Part shown: positions 1 through 7,595 of the stretch, one piece after another
Position numbering within the stretch: the stretch's first letter is position 1
How the letters are laid out: the number at the start of each line of letters is the position of its first letter
Assembly: GCA_037441705.1 (NCBI GenBank)
Contig: JBBIRR010000002.1
Location: 60,426 to 124,425 of the forward strand
DNA: 64,000 nucleotides
DNA from: Ignavibacteriales bacterium
GTDB taxonomy: Bacteria; Bacteroidota; Ignavibacteria; UBA10030; UBA6906
Direction of reading: 5' to 3'
Made by a program: the position numbers and the translations under genes
The notes under the pieces: generated by a model
The model's database searches: none
What the model saw: the letters and a program-made list of their open reading frames with translations, nothing else
Told to the model about the DNA's origin: nothing

Positions 1-363
1 GTAGATGTACGGTGCGACACTCCGACCGGGGGCGAGATGAATCCAGACGACAAAATTGAGATTCGTCGCGCGCAGCTTCAGATAGTTTTCCGGGAGTTCG
101 GGAAAATACGTCGGGTTCTGGTATGCCTTGAGATCTTCGTATCCCCCCAGCACCCCCAGCGAAAGGAAGGGCGAGACGCCGTAACGGATGAACCCCTCGC
201 CTCCTATTCCCACTTTTCTCTGGTTCATATCGTTGACCCAGAGATTCGCTCCGCCTTGTACTCCGATCGACCAGCGTCCGACGGTGCTCTGCGCAAGACT
301 GCGCGGAAACGGTAGAGCGATCATGAACACGATCAGAGTGAAGAGGAAACTGCGTCTCCGCAT
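1..363 (-). CDS. Outer-membrane beta-barrel (OmpA-like N-terminal barrel) protein, 5' part only; runs off the window edge
   Basis: Not in the ORF track. Manual translation from ATG at 363 gives MRRRSFLFTLIVFMIALPFPRSLAQ-STVGRWSIGVQGGANLWVND...GEGFIRYG...LSLGVLGGY...APYIY: a signal peptide plus amphipathic beta-strands, open to position 1. Confidence 0.75.
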   Translation of the reverse strand, partial: MRRRSFLFTLIVFMIALPFPRSLAQSTVGRWSIGVQGGANLWVNDMNQRKVGIGGEGFIRYGVSPFLSLGVLGGYEDLKAYQNPTYFPELPENYLKLRATNLNFVVWIHLAPGRSVAPYIY

Positions 364-451
364 CACGGGATTCTCCTTCGGTAGTGTGTCGTGAGTTGAG
401 TCATAGAGATGAAATGAGTAACAACAGGGGAGGCACGCGCATCATCAAAAC

Positions 452-487
452 TGCTCGCAAGATATTGTATTTGCGAGCAAATGTCAA
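452..487 (-). promoter_or_regulatory. sigma70-like promoter for the OMP gene with an overlapping 9-bp inverted repeat
   Basis: Minus strand reads TTGACA (487-482), 17 nt, TATCTT. The repeat TGCTCGCAA-N10-TTGCGAGCA at 452-479 overlaps the -10 box. Confidence 0.55.
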
Positions 488-599
488 CGGAAGTACGTCA
501 CAATCCCGGAGGACGAGAATAATTCTTCTCGTGTGACTTCAGAATACACAAGATTGGCGAAAAAACAGCAGGACAAAAGCCGAAAACGACACCTGCGCA

Positions 600-1964
600 T
601 TAGTAGTTTATTCTTACGACAAAGGACGGAACGAAATACTTCTCATATTGCCACGGGGGGAGATGTGATGAACGGTAGGACCGAAAATAGCGAAGATCGA
701 GGCCGAGCATGTTGCTTAAGATCAGTTTCGACTTCACACCGAAATACCCATATCCATCGTCGAGGCTGTAATTGACGGAAGTCATGATCTCAAACTGAAG
801 CAAGCCGCCGTCGTGGGCTATGCCCAGTTCGACAAATGGGAGGAGATGCGTTTCGGTCGGCGCAACACGGGCCGGCAACTGTGTAACGGGATTGAAGCGT
901 GCAAAGCGATGCAGGTCGTGCCACGCCAATCCTCCTCCGAGTCGGAACAGGCCAACGTTCTGCAACGAAGCCTTTGCGATGATGCTGTTGCGAACTGAAT
1001 AAAAGGTGTCAGGCACGTTGCTGGCATACGCTGTCTTTTCATGAAATCCAAATGAGCCTTCAAACGTGAAGTCAATCCGTTCGTCGGGTTGGTCGGTCAA
1101 GACATTGAGCCTCTTTTCCGGTGTCCAGGTGGCCTTCAAGAAGAAGCTTTCTCCAGATCCTTGAAGGATACGCTTCTTGAAGACGGAACTCGGGGAGAAG
1201 TCATCTTGGCGAAGGACGGAAAAGTTGTTCACGACTTCGAGCCCGGCGGTAATGCTGAACTTGTGATAGGATTGATCAGTAACTGTGACATCATCGATAT
1301 ACAGTAATTCGAGGGCGGCAATGATACTTGACTTGAACCAGAAGGGTAGATTCAAATAATCGTTCCCGAGTCTCCCAACTGCAGAGATTCGCCACCATTC
1401 AAACGTGGGAGACGTTGACCATAGCATGATGCGCGGTTCTATGGGGCTCAGGAAGATATCGTAGCGCTTTCCATGAGTTGTCTCGAAACGATCTTTATAT
1501 CTGCGTGACTTCAGCAAATCGTATGCTTCTTGTCCAAGTGCATCAAGAATGAGGACATAATCACGAAGTGTTCCCAGCGTGCTCACAGTACCGGGCGACT
1601 CCAGTGTAAACTCTACCAACTCAATCTCGTCGTCGTAATAACGCTTCCTGCACATGATGTGCAGATCGCCTGCTGACGAACTCATGAGAAGGCCCTCGGT
1701 GTTGGCAATCAGCACGCGCAGGGAGTCGGCCGCCAGAGCGGTTGACGCCCGACGCTTCAGTTGTGTGAAGACTTCACGTACAATCGCCGGGTCGGTAATG
1801 AGCCATCGTTCCTTCATGCTGTCGAAGGCGCGTGTATCAACGAGGATGCTGTCGTATAAAGAGCGCAGCTGTTCTTTTGTCTGTGCCTGCAGGGTCGATG
1901 AACTGAAGCACAGATAAACGATCAGCAAAAGCAACACAGGGGCTATCACGACGACGTGTTTCAT
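600..1964 (-). CDS. Uncharacterised secreted protein, probable outer-membrane beta-barrel; paralogue of 1967..3487
   Basis: Signal peptide (..TLQA/Q), alternating hydrophobic strands in the C-terminal two thirds, C-terminal aromatic ending FVVRINY. Confidence 0.65.
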   Translation of the reverse strand: MKHVVVIAPVLLLLIVYLCFSSSTLQAQTKEQLRSLYDSILVDTRAFDSMKERWLITDPAIVREVFTQLKRRASTALAADSLRVLIANTEGLLMSSSAGDLHIMCRKRYYDDEIELVEFTLESPGTVSTLGTLRDYVLILDALGQEAYDLLKSRRYKDRFETTHGKRYDIFLSPIEPRIMLWSTSPTFEWWRISAVGRLGNDYLNLPFWFKSSIIAALELLYIDDVTVTDQSYHKFSITAGLEVVNNFSVLRQDDFSPSSVFKKRILQGSGESFFLKATWTPEKRLNVLTDQPDERIDFTFEGSFGFHEKTAYASNVPDTFYSVRNSIIAKASLQNVGLFRLGGGLAWHDLHRFARFNPVTQLPARVAPTETHLLPFVELGIAHDGGLLQFEIMTSVNYSLDDGYGYFGVKSKLILSNMLGLDLRYFRSYRSSHLPPWQYEKYFVPSFVVRINY

Positions 1965-1966
1965 CC

Positions 1967-3487
1967 TTACAATCCAAAACGATATCGGAGCTGTAGCATC
2001 GAACCCTGTTCAACTTCCCACGGAAGAGGCGAGCGCCCAAAGACCCTTGTGAGCCAGACAAACTCCAGGCGAAGTTCGTGCGGGTCGTCGCGAAAAATCT
2101 TCAGCCAGGGATGGAGCGTCAGTCGGTTGTCGAACAGTCGCACGTTGGCTCCGAACCGGGCGACGCGCGAGTCGTGCCAGTAGCTCAACGCGATCAAGGG
2201 TTTCACTTGCGTCAGCGGCAGAATGCTGCTATACGAACGCGCACGGCCCGAGCTGTCAAGTTCCACCTCAAACACATTGAACGATCCGGCTCCCAAATCC
2301 AACTTCATCGTGTTGCGTTTTTCCCGCTCGAGATTCCAGTAGAAGCTGAGGTACGTCTCCCATTGAATGGTAGAAAAGTAGGCGATGTCGCGGCCTTCTG
2401 TCTTGTGCTTGATGAACGGATCGTCAAATGTCGCAGGCCCCCCTGCGTAATAGAGCGTGAGATGTGGAAGGCGTTCACTAAATGGCCTCCCCGTTCGCAA
2501 TTCGATCGCTATCCCGGACGTTACATTGAGCATGCCCGGCTGAAGAGATGCAACAGGTGATGCCCGGTTCAATTTCCATCGCTCAATCCATCGGCGGGTA
2601 TTTATGGGCGAGCGACCGAGAAGCCGAACATCGAAAAAGAAACTGGTATCGAGGCTTGCCCGTTCTCCTTGAAAGAATACCAGCAGGCGCCCACCCCATG
2701 CAAGGTAGGGTGACTGGTAGGCAAGGAGGCTAAGAACTCTGTCCCCGAACCCGAACTCGAGACCGAAACTCTGCACACCGAGCCATTGCGGTTGCGATGC
2801 AAAGTCGAGCGAAAGCTTGATGGCAGACCACGTGGCGTCGATGGCGTAGGGTTCATTTCCGTGCGGGTTGCCTGCGTAGCCTGCGACGAGTCTGAGATGA
2901 CGAAAGTAATTTCTGTTTCCATCGTCCACAAAAATATCCTCCTCATCCCGCCGTCGTTTCACCGTGCCTCCCAGTGGCTGGCCCTTCCCCTTCATATGAT
3001 GGCGGTAGATGTCATCTACCAGTGCTGTGAATTCGGCAGGGAAATCGTTTTTCATTGCCATAAGATCACGGAGATCGAAGATGGATCTTATGGAACTCGT
3101 GCCACTGCTTAGGCCTTGCGGTGTCCGCTCTCCGGTTCTCACAATCTCCTCAATCTCTAAAGGAACTACCGACAGCCGCAGATCGGAGAAAGAGAACTGC
3201 ATCGGAAGATAAATGAAGCGGTATGTGCGTTTGATGTCAGGGCCGGTTTCGAAGAGCGAACTGTTCTCATCCCTAAAGCGCCGTTCCAGGCTGCGGTGTC
3301 GGACTGCCTTGACCGTCAACTCTTCGCCCTGCAGATCCATGAAGTAGAGTCGCGAGTAACCGGAGTCTTTCGCGACGGTGCTCAAGATTCTCTTGTATTC
3401 CACATCCAGGGAATCCGCGAAACTTTCAGCGAGCGTCAAGCACGCAGCGAAGCAGAGCAGTATGCACCTTCGGGGAGCCATGTCCAC
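1967..3487 (-). CDS. Uncharacterised secreted protein, probable outer-membrane beta-barrel
   Basis: Signal peptide (..AESFA/D), amphipathic strands, ends LQLRYRFGL. Shares local motifs with 600..1964. Confidence 0.65.
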   Translation of the reverse strand: MDMAPRRCILLCFAACLTLAESFADSLDVEYKRILSTVAKDSGYSRLYFMDLQGEELTVKAVRHRSLERRFRDENSSLFETGPDIKRTYRFIYLPMQFSFSDLRLSVVPLEIEEIVRTGERTPQGLSSGTSSIRSIFDLRDLMAMKNDFPAEFTALVDDIYRHHMKGKGQPLGGTVKRRRDEEDIFVDDGNRNYFRHLRLVAGYAGNPHGNEPYAIDATWSAIKLSLDFASQPQWLGVQSFGLEFGFGDRVLSLLAYQSPYLAWGGRLLVFFQGERASLDTSFFFDVRLLGRSPINTRRWIERWKLNRASPVASLQPGMLNVTSGIAIELRTGRPFSERLPHLTLYYAGGPATFDDPFIKHKTEGRDIAYFSTIQWETYLSFYWNLEREKRNTMKLDLGAGSFNVFEVELDSSGRARSYSSILPLTQVKPLIALSYWHDSRVARFGANVRLFDNRLTLHPWLKIFRDDPHELRLEFVWLTRVFGRSPLPWEVEQGSMLQLRYRFGL

Positions 3488-3496
3488 TCAATCGGA

Positions 3497-4624
3497 TTAC
3501 TGATGTGCGTAAACTCGCGCTTTGTATGTGCGACGGAATGACGTCCCAAACTGATCCCGAAACCGTATGGTCAGGGAAACCTCTGCGGGATTTCTGGCGG
3601 TGCGATCCTGGAGGTAGTCGAGGTTAGGGGCGATGACCAACACGCGCCAGGGATCGTCCGTTCGCCAACTCATGCCAGTGAGAAAGTCCGGCGGCGTACT
3701 GGCAACGGAAACGTCGCTGATCTCCGGCATGAACATCAGAAAGCTTAGTCGCTTTACCGCGTAGCTGGAGAAACGAAACTCGCGGGGATTGTATTTGTTA
3801 ACGGGATTGAGATTCATCGGAATCGGCGGCAGCAGGTCAAGTCGCCCTGCAGCCTTCAGCTCATCAAATGTTGAATCGGCCATCCACAAGGAAACATCTT
3901 CGATGCGGTTGGGGCTCTTGAGTTCGAACTGCCATACCGATTCGGATACCTCCTTGGAAATAGGATTCTGGTAAAAGAATGTACTCCCTTTATACTTTCC
4001 CTTGATGGTAATCGTCATGTTGAGGTTTTCCGGCGCGAGGCTTTTCCAGATTCGGTCAATCGGAACAAACCACCCTTGCTCGGAAAGCAGTGTTCGGTTG
4101 GCCGTTTCAACATCGTAGGAGTAAGCGGTGAGATCTTCGTGCCCCGCTGCAAAACTGAATACTGCTGCTTCACCGTACCAGTATTCAGAGTCGAGCAGAG
4201 GATAAAGCGATGGCCAGCGGACTTGAACGTGCCACTGCTCGCCATATCGGTACACCCTTTTGTCCTGTCCCTGGCCTTCGAGTATCCTCAGCACGGTAAA
4301 CGTGTTGGAGAAATCGAAACGAACGCGTGAGTGAACTCTGAACTTGGGCCCGGCATCGTTGCGATTGCGCACGCTGCATTCTTGTTCTGCCGGCTGCACT
4401 TGCTGTTCCCGAGAATACACGATGAGCGTACACGTGGGAGCCGTTCGCCAGTCCCATTCCGGGTCCGACAGCGTAAAGGGCTGTCCGGCTAATACCGATA
4501 ACGTGTCGCGCTGGATGAGAAGAGACAGTTCGTGTGCGCGGCGAAAATCAACCTGTTGCCCCCGCGTGAGCAATGGCGCGAGAAGCACAGCGAGCATCAC
4601 ACTGCTACGGCAACACGTTCTCAT
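3497..4624 (-). CDS. Uncharacterised secreted/periplasmic beta-rich protein
   Basis: 375 aa ORF with signal peptide MLAVLLAPLLTRG/QQ. ATGA overlap with the upstream gene; Ig-like strand pattern. Confidence 0.7.
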   Translation of the reverse strand: MRTCCRSSVMLAVLLAPLLTRGQQVDFRRAHELSLLIQRDTLSVLAGQPFTLSDPEWDWRTAPTCTLIVYSREQQVQPAEQECSVRNRNDAGPKFRVHSRVRFDFSNTFTVLRILEGQGQDKRVYRYGEQWHVQVRWPSLYPLLDSEYWYGEAAVFSFAAGHEDLTAYSYDVETANRTLLSEQGWFVPIDRIWKSLAPENLNMTITIKGKYKGSTFFYQNPISKEVSESVWQFELKSPNRIEDVSLWMADSTFDELKAAGRLDLLPPIPMNLNPVNKYNPREFRFSSYAVKRLSFLMFMPEISDVSVASTPPDFLTGMSWRTDDPWRVLVIAPNLDYLQDRTARNPAEVSLTIRFRDQFGTSFRRTYKARVYAHQ

Positions 4625-5166
4625 CGTATTGGCGGCTCGATATAGTCGTACGTAACAACAACCTCCATCACTGTCGTGTCTCGTAGCGGTTTCCCTTCCA
4701 GGCCGGAAAGCAGTTCCTTCACGCAGGAAGGGAGTTTGTCAGGAAGATGCCTGCGAACTTCGCCCGTTATCTGATAGCGAAACCTTCCTGCTTGCTTGAA
4801 CTGATGGGTGATCAGACCAATGCCTGTTGCTGTGTCCGTGGTACATTGAAGCGGAGGGGCATTCCCATCAGGAACGAACTGATACGCGATCTCTTTCCGC
4901 TCTTGTGGCGATACCAATCCGGTTGTGAATACCTGAAGTGTTGTCGTCTGAGGCTCAGTCTCAACGATCATGCTTCCCATCCGCACTCTATAGAGTTGCA
5001 ACTGGACGTGCCGCGGTGCGGTGATCGCAATACCCTCGGAGAGCGAGACCGAAAGACTATCTGCAAGACGGCCACAGGGTATTCTCCCGCCGCCTGCCGC
5101 AGGCAACAGCGACACAATAGCAACAATGTAGAGAACAAAGTAGACAATGAGGAATGACTGTCGCAT
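4621..5166 (-). CDS. Single-pass membrane protein, GldM/PorM-like N-terminus plus an Ig/PKD-like domain
   Basis: Likely ATG at 5166 gives MRQSFLIVYFVLYIVAIVSLL (RQ..Y TM helix reminiscent of GldM RQKMINLMYLV), followed by a beta-rich domain (HQFKQAGRFRYQITG). Confidence 0.5.
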   Translation of the reverse strand: MRQSFLIVYFVLYIVAIVSLLPAAGGGRIPCGRLADSLSVSLSEGIAITAPRHVQLQLYRVRMGSMIVETEPQTTTLQVFTTGLVSPQERKEIAYQFVPDGNAPPLQCTTDTATGIGLITHQFKQAGRFRYQITGEVRRHLPDKLPSCVKELLSGLEGKPLRDTTVMEVVVTYDYIEPPIR

Positions 5167-5191
5167 GGCGTCCGATCCCGATGTTGAGGCG

Positions 5192-5557
5192 TTAGTGAAC
5201 AATCCCCTTCATATATCCGACCTTTCCCTTGATTTCGGAAAGCTGATCCATGATGGTCGGAGGTAAGTTGTTCTTGTGCGCCTGGGCGTTCAGATTCTCG
5301 ACGACCGACTTCAAAGCGCTGTCGATCTCCGCGATCGTTGTGCGAAGCTCCTCCGTTTTGTTCGGCTCGCCGTTACGAAGGAGAATAAACAAAGCTGCGA
5401 GCAAGACCAGCAGGCCCGCTTCAAGGTAGAGCGCTGAATAAACAACCCACAGTGGCATGGCATCGGGATCAATACCGCGCATTCCGACGACAATTACCAG
5501 AAACGATGCTCCGAGAAACACAAGCCCCTGCGCAAGTCGCATCCAATCCATGGACAT
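5192..5557 (-). CDS. Two-TM inner-membrane protein, GldL/PorL-like, with short coiled-coil tail
   Basis: TM1 LVFLGASFLVIVVGMR and TM2 VYSALYLEAGLLVLL with an intramembrane Glu (cf. GldL YGMGAAVVIVG / GLLTEAL). AAGGAG RBS upstream. Confidence 0.55.
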   Translation of the reverse strand: MSMDWMRLAQGLVFLGASFLVIVVGMRGIDPDAMPLWVVYSALYLEAGLLVLLAALFILLRNGEPNKTEELRTTIAEIDSALKSVVENLNAQAHKNNLPPTIMDQLSEIKGKVGYMKGIVH

Positions 5558-5725
5558 TCTCCTTGTTGTTGGATGAAGAACCGACCGGTGTTATCGGCTG
5601 AGTGTAGAAGTGCTGTCTGCAGTTCCTGACGAAACGCTCTCTCCGATCCCCTGAATCGGAGTGCCGATGGTTCACAACGGAACCGTGCTATGAGGGCATG
5701 CGCTCGATCAGTCCTCGTGCTAGCC

Positions 5726-5754
5726 AAGCTACAAAACCCCGGGCGAAGTGTCAA
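5726..5754 (-). promoter_or_regulatory. sigma70-like promoter for the 5557->600 operon
   Basis: Minus strand reads TTGACA-17 nt-TAGCTT. Confidence 0.6.
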
Positions 5755-5779
5755 CACATCCGAAGCGGGGTGTTGCGCG

Positions 5780-5808
5780 TTGACATTCCCTCGCGTTTTC
5801 ACTAAATT
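5780..5808 (+). promoter_or_regulatory. sigma70-like promoter for the tRNA pair
   Basis: TTGACA-17 nt-TAAATT, 16 nt before tRNA-Gln. Confidence 0.7.
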
Positions 5809-5824
5809 TTGGTGCGAAATTCAT

Positions 5825-5895
5825 TGCCCCGTCGTCTAATGGCAAGACGGCAGACTCTGGATCTGCTTATCGAGGTTCGAATCCTTGCGGGGCAG
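5825..5895 (+). tRNA. tRNA-Gln(CTG)
   Basis: Cloverleaf with acceptor TGCCCCG/CGGGGCA, anticodon arm GCAGA-CTCTGGA-TCTGC and T-loop TTCGAAT. Confidence 0.95.
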
Positions 5896-5960
5896 CGAAG
5901 GCAAGGAATTGGAGTGAGGGGTTGTTGGCTCCGCCAAGAAACACCACTTCACCGTGTTAA

Positions 5961-6033
5961 GGCCCTATCGTCTAACGGTTTAGGACGCAGCCCTCTCAAG
6001 GCTGAAATACGGGTTCGATTCCCGTTAGGGCTA
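5961..6033 (+). tRNA. tRNA-Glu(CTC)
   Basis: Acceptor GGCCCTA/TAGGGCT, anticodon arm CAGCC-CTCTCAA-GGCTG, T-loop TTCGATT. Confidence 0.95.
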
Positions 6034-6157
6034 CAAATAAGAGAATCTTCGAACCCGCCATCCTTCGTTGTTCTCCTCGAAGCGCTCGTTCCCAGCCCAA
6101 CGCGCGTTCTGCGGCTGCTTCAGGGCGACATCCCACCATCCTTTGTTTAGCATCCCC

Positions 6158-6526
6158 TTAGCACCGGGACGCAGGCGCAGCAGTGGCGGCGAAATCAAAC
6201 CCCAACACCTCACTGATCGCAGCGTTGCAGTCTCGAAGCATCATGATCATCGTTTGCCGTGACTGTGCATACCGCACGGTAATCGGGTGTTTGTTCAGCA
6301 TCGCCTGAAGCATCCTGATTCTGTTGATCTCTTCTTGCGTCAACCCGCCGCTCGATTGTTTCTTCTGATATTCCTGCGCCAGGGAAACATAGTCTGTCCG
6401 TATCCGGGTGATCTCAGGATCGCTGCGAAACGCACGCTCTGCATTCTGAAACTCTTTCACAGCCTCGGAAGATTTGACGCAGCCGATGAATTCTTCCGCA
6501 GCAAGTTGCAGTCGAATATCAATCAT
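6158..6526 (-). CDS. YlbF/YmcA (Com_YlbF) family protein
   Basis: Helical: F..IKSSEAVKEF..AE..F..D...HP....Y...ISEVLGFDFA. ATG at 6526 with AGGAG RBS; C-terminal Cys. Confidence 0.7.
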   Translation of the reverse strand: MIDIRLQLAAEEFIGCVKSSEAVKEFQNAERAFRSDPEITRIRTDYVSLAQEYQKKQSSGGLTQEEINRIRMLQAMLNKHPITVRYAQSRQTMIMMLRDCNAAISEVLGFDFAATAAPASRC

Positions 6527-6545
6527 GAGTAGGCTCCTTGCGGTA

Positions 6546-6947
6546 TTAGCAGCATCCACCTGCCGGCTTCGTGAGTCCGGCAAAATCAAACCCTAACTTC
6601 TCGCTGATGAAGACATTCAGTTCTTTCAACATGCTCACCAGATCGTCTTGAGCCTGGAAGTAATCTTTGAGCGTCGGATGTGAGAAGAGTTGCTCTCGCA
6701 GCTGCTCAACTCGTTTGAAGTCTTCATCGGACGCTCCGCCCCAGCCCTGCGCCATCTGAACCGTTTGCTGTGCTTCTTGGAATTCCGACAAGAGCCGCCT
6801 TGCCTCCTGATCGGCCATCATGCGCTCTGTCATTTTCTCATATCTCTGAAATTGTTCTGACTGACCGATCGCCCGGCCAAGTGTTCTCGACGCGGCGAGA
6901 ATTCTCGGTTCGGCTCTTGCCTCGCCTACTTCGTTGATCTGTTGCAT
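6546..6947 (-). CDS. YlbF/YmcA (Com_YlbF) family protein with GGCC tail
   Basis: LGRAIGQSEQFQRY..A.RLL.EFQ...HP.LKDYFQAQ..ISEKLGFDFA..GGCC. Confidence 0.75.
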   Translation of the reverse strand: MQQINEVGEARAEPRILAASRTLGRAIGQSEQFQRYEKMTERMMADQEARRLLSEFQEAQQTVQMAQGWGGASDEDFKRVEQLREQLFSHPTLKDYFQAQDDLVSMLKELNVFISEKLGFDFAGLTKPAGGCC

Positions 6948-7031
6948 GTGGAACCTCGTCTGTGATTGCTTGAGTTACGCAGGAACGATCGTACCGATCT
7001 CATGATTCTGCCGCAAGATACTGATTTGTTC

Positions 7032-7241
7032 TCAGCAACATCCCGGACCGCACATCGGTCCCGCGTCGGTGCTTCGGCGGGATTTAGAACTGCCCGCCAG
7101 CGCAACGGCAGTGATGATTTGACGCGTATCCTCACAACGACACTTGGGGCATTGCGGTCGCAATCCTTTTTCCTTCTCGGCAAGCGTTGCCCATACTTCA
7201 AAGACTTCCCCGCATTCCGTGCATTGGTATTCGTAGATCAT
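7032..7241 (-). CDS. FmdB-family zinc-ribbon protein
   Basis: MIYEYQCTECGEVFE...CPKC...CGPGCC. Confidence 0.85.
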   Translation of the reverse strand: MIYEYQCTECGEVFEVWATLAEKEKGLRPQCPKCRCEDTRQIITAVALAGSSKSRRSTDAGPMCGPGCC

Positions 7242-7582
7242 AGGCTGCCACTTCCTGTTGTTACAAATTTCTCTTTCAGTGTCTCGATCAACTGGCCGAT
7301 ATCCGACTCTCCCATGGAAACGACCTCGCCATTGATTGCAATGATCGGGACTGCATTCCAGCCAAACGAATGAAATACTTTCAAGATGTCTCTGTACTCT
7401 CGCATCATCTTTCCGTCGGTAAGAGTGATCACTTCGACGTTGACGTTGAGTGCTTGCTCCAGACCCTCTTTGAGCCCTTTGATCTCTTCCTCTGATTGCC
7501 CGACCGGACCGCAGCACTCGGAATTAGGCCCACAGGGAAACATAAAGGGAGCGGTGAAGAGCTTCACAATTGGTTTGTTCAT
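7238..7582 (-). CDS. ArsD-like / thioredoxin-fold Cys-rich protein
   Basis: N-terminal FPCGPNSECCGP and C-terminal VPIIAINGEVVS, as in ArsD-type metallochaperones. Confidence 0.6.
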   Translation of the reverse strand: MNKPIVKLFTAPFMFPCGPNSECCGPVGQSEEEIKGLKEGLEQALNVNVEVITLTDGKMMREYRDILKVFHSFGWNAVPIIAINGEVVSMGESDIGQLIETLKEKFVTTGSGSL

Positions 7583-7595
7583 CACTGCTTCTCCA

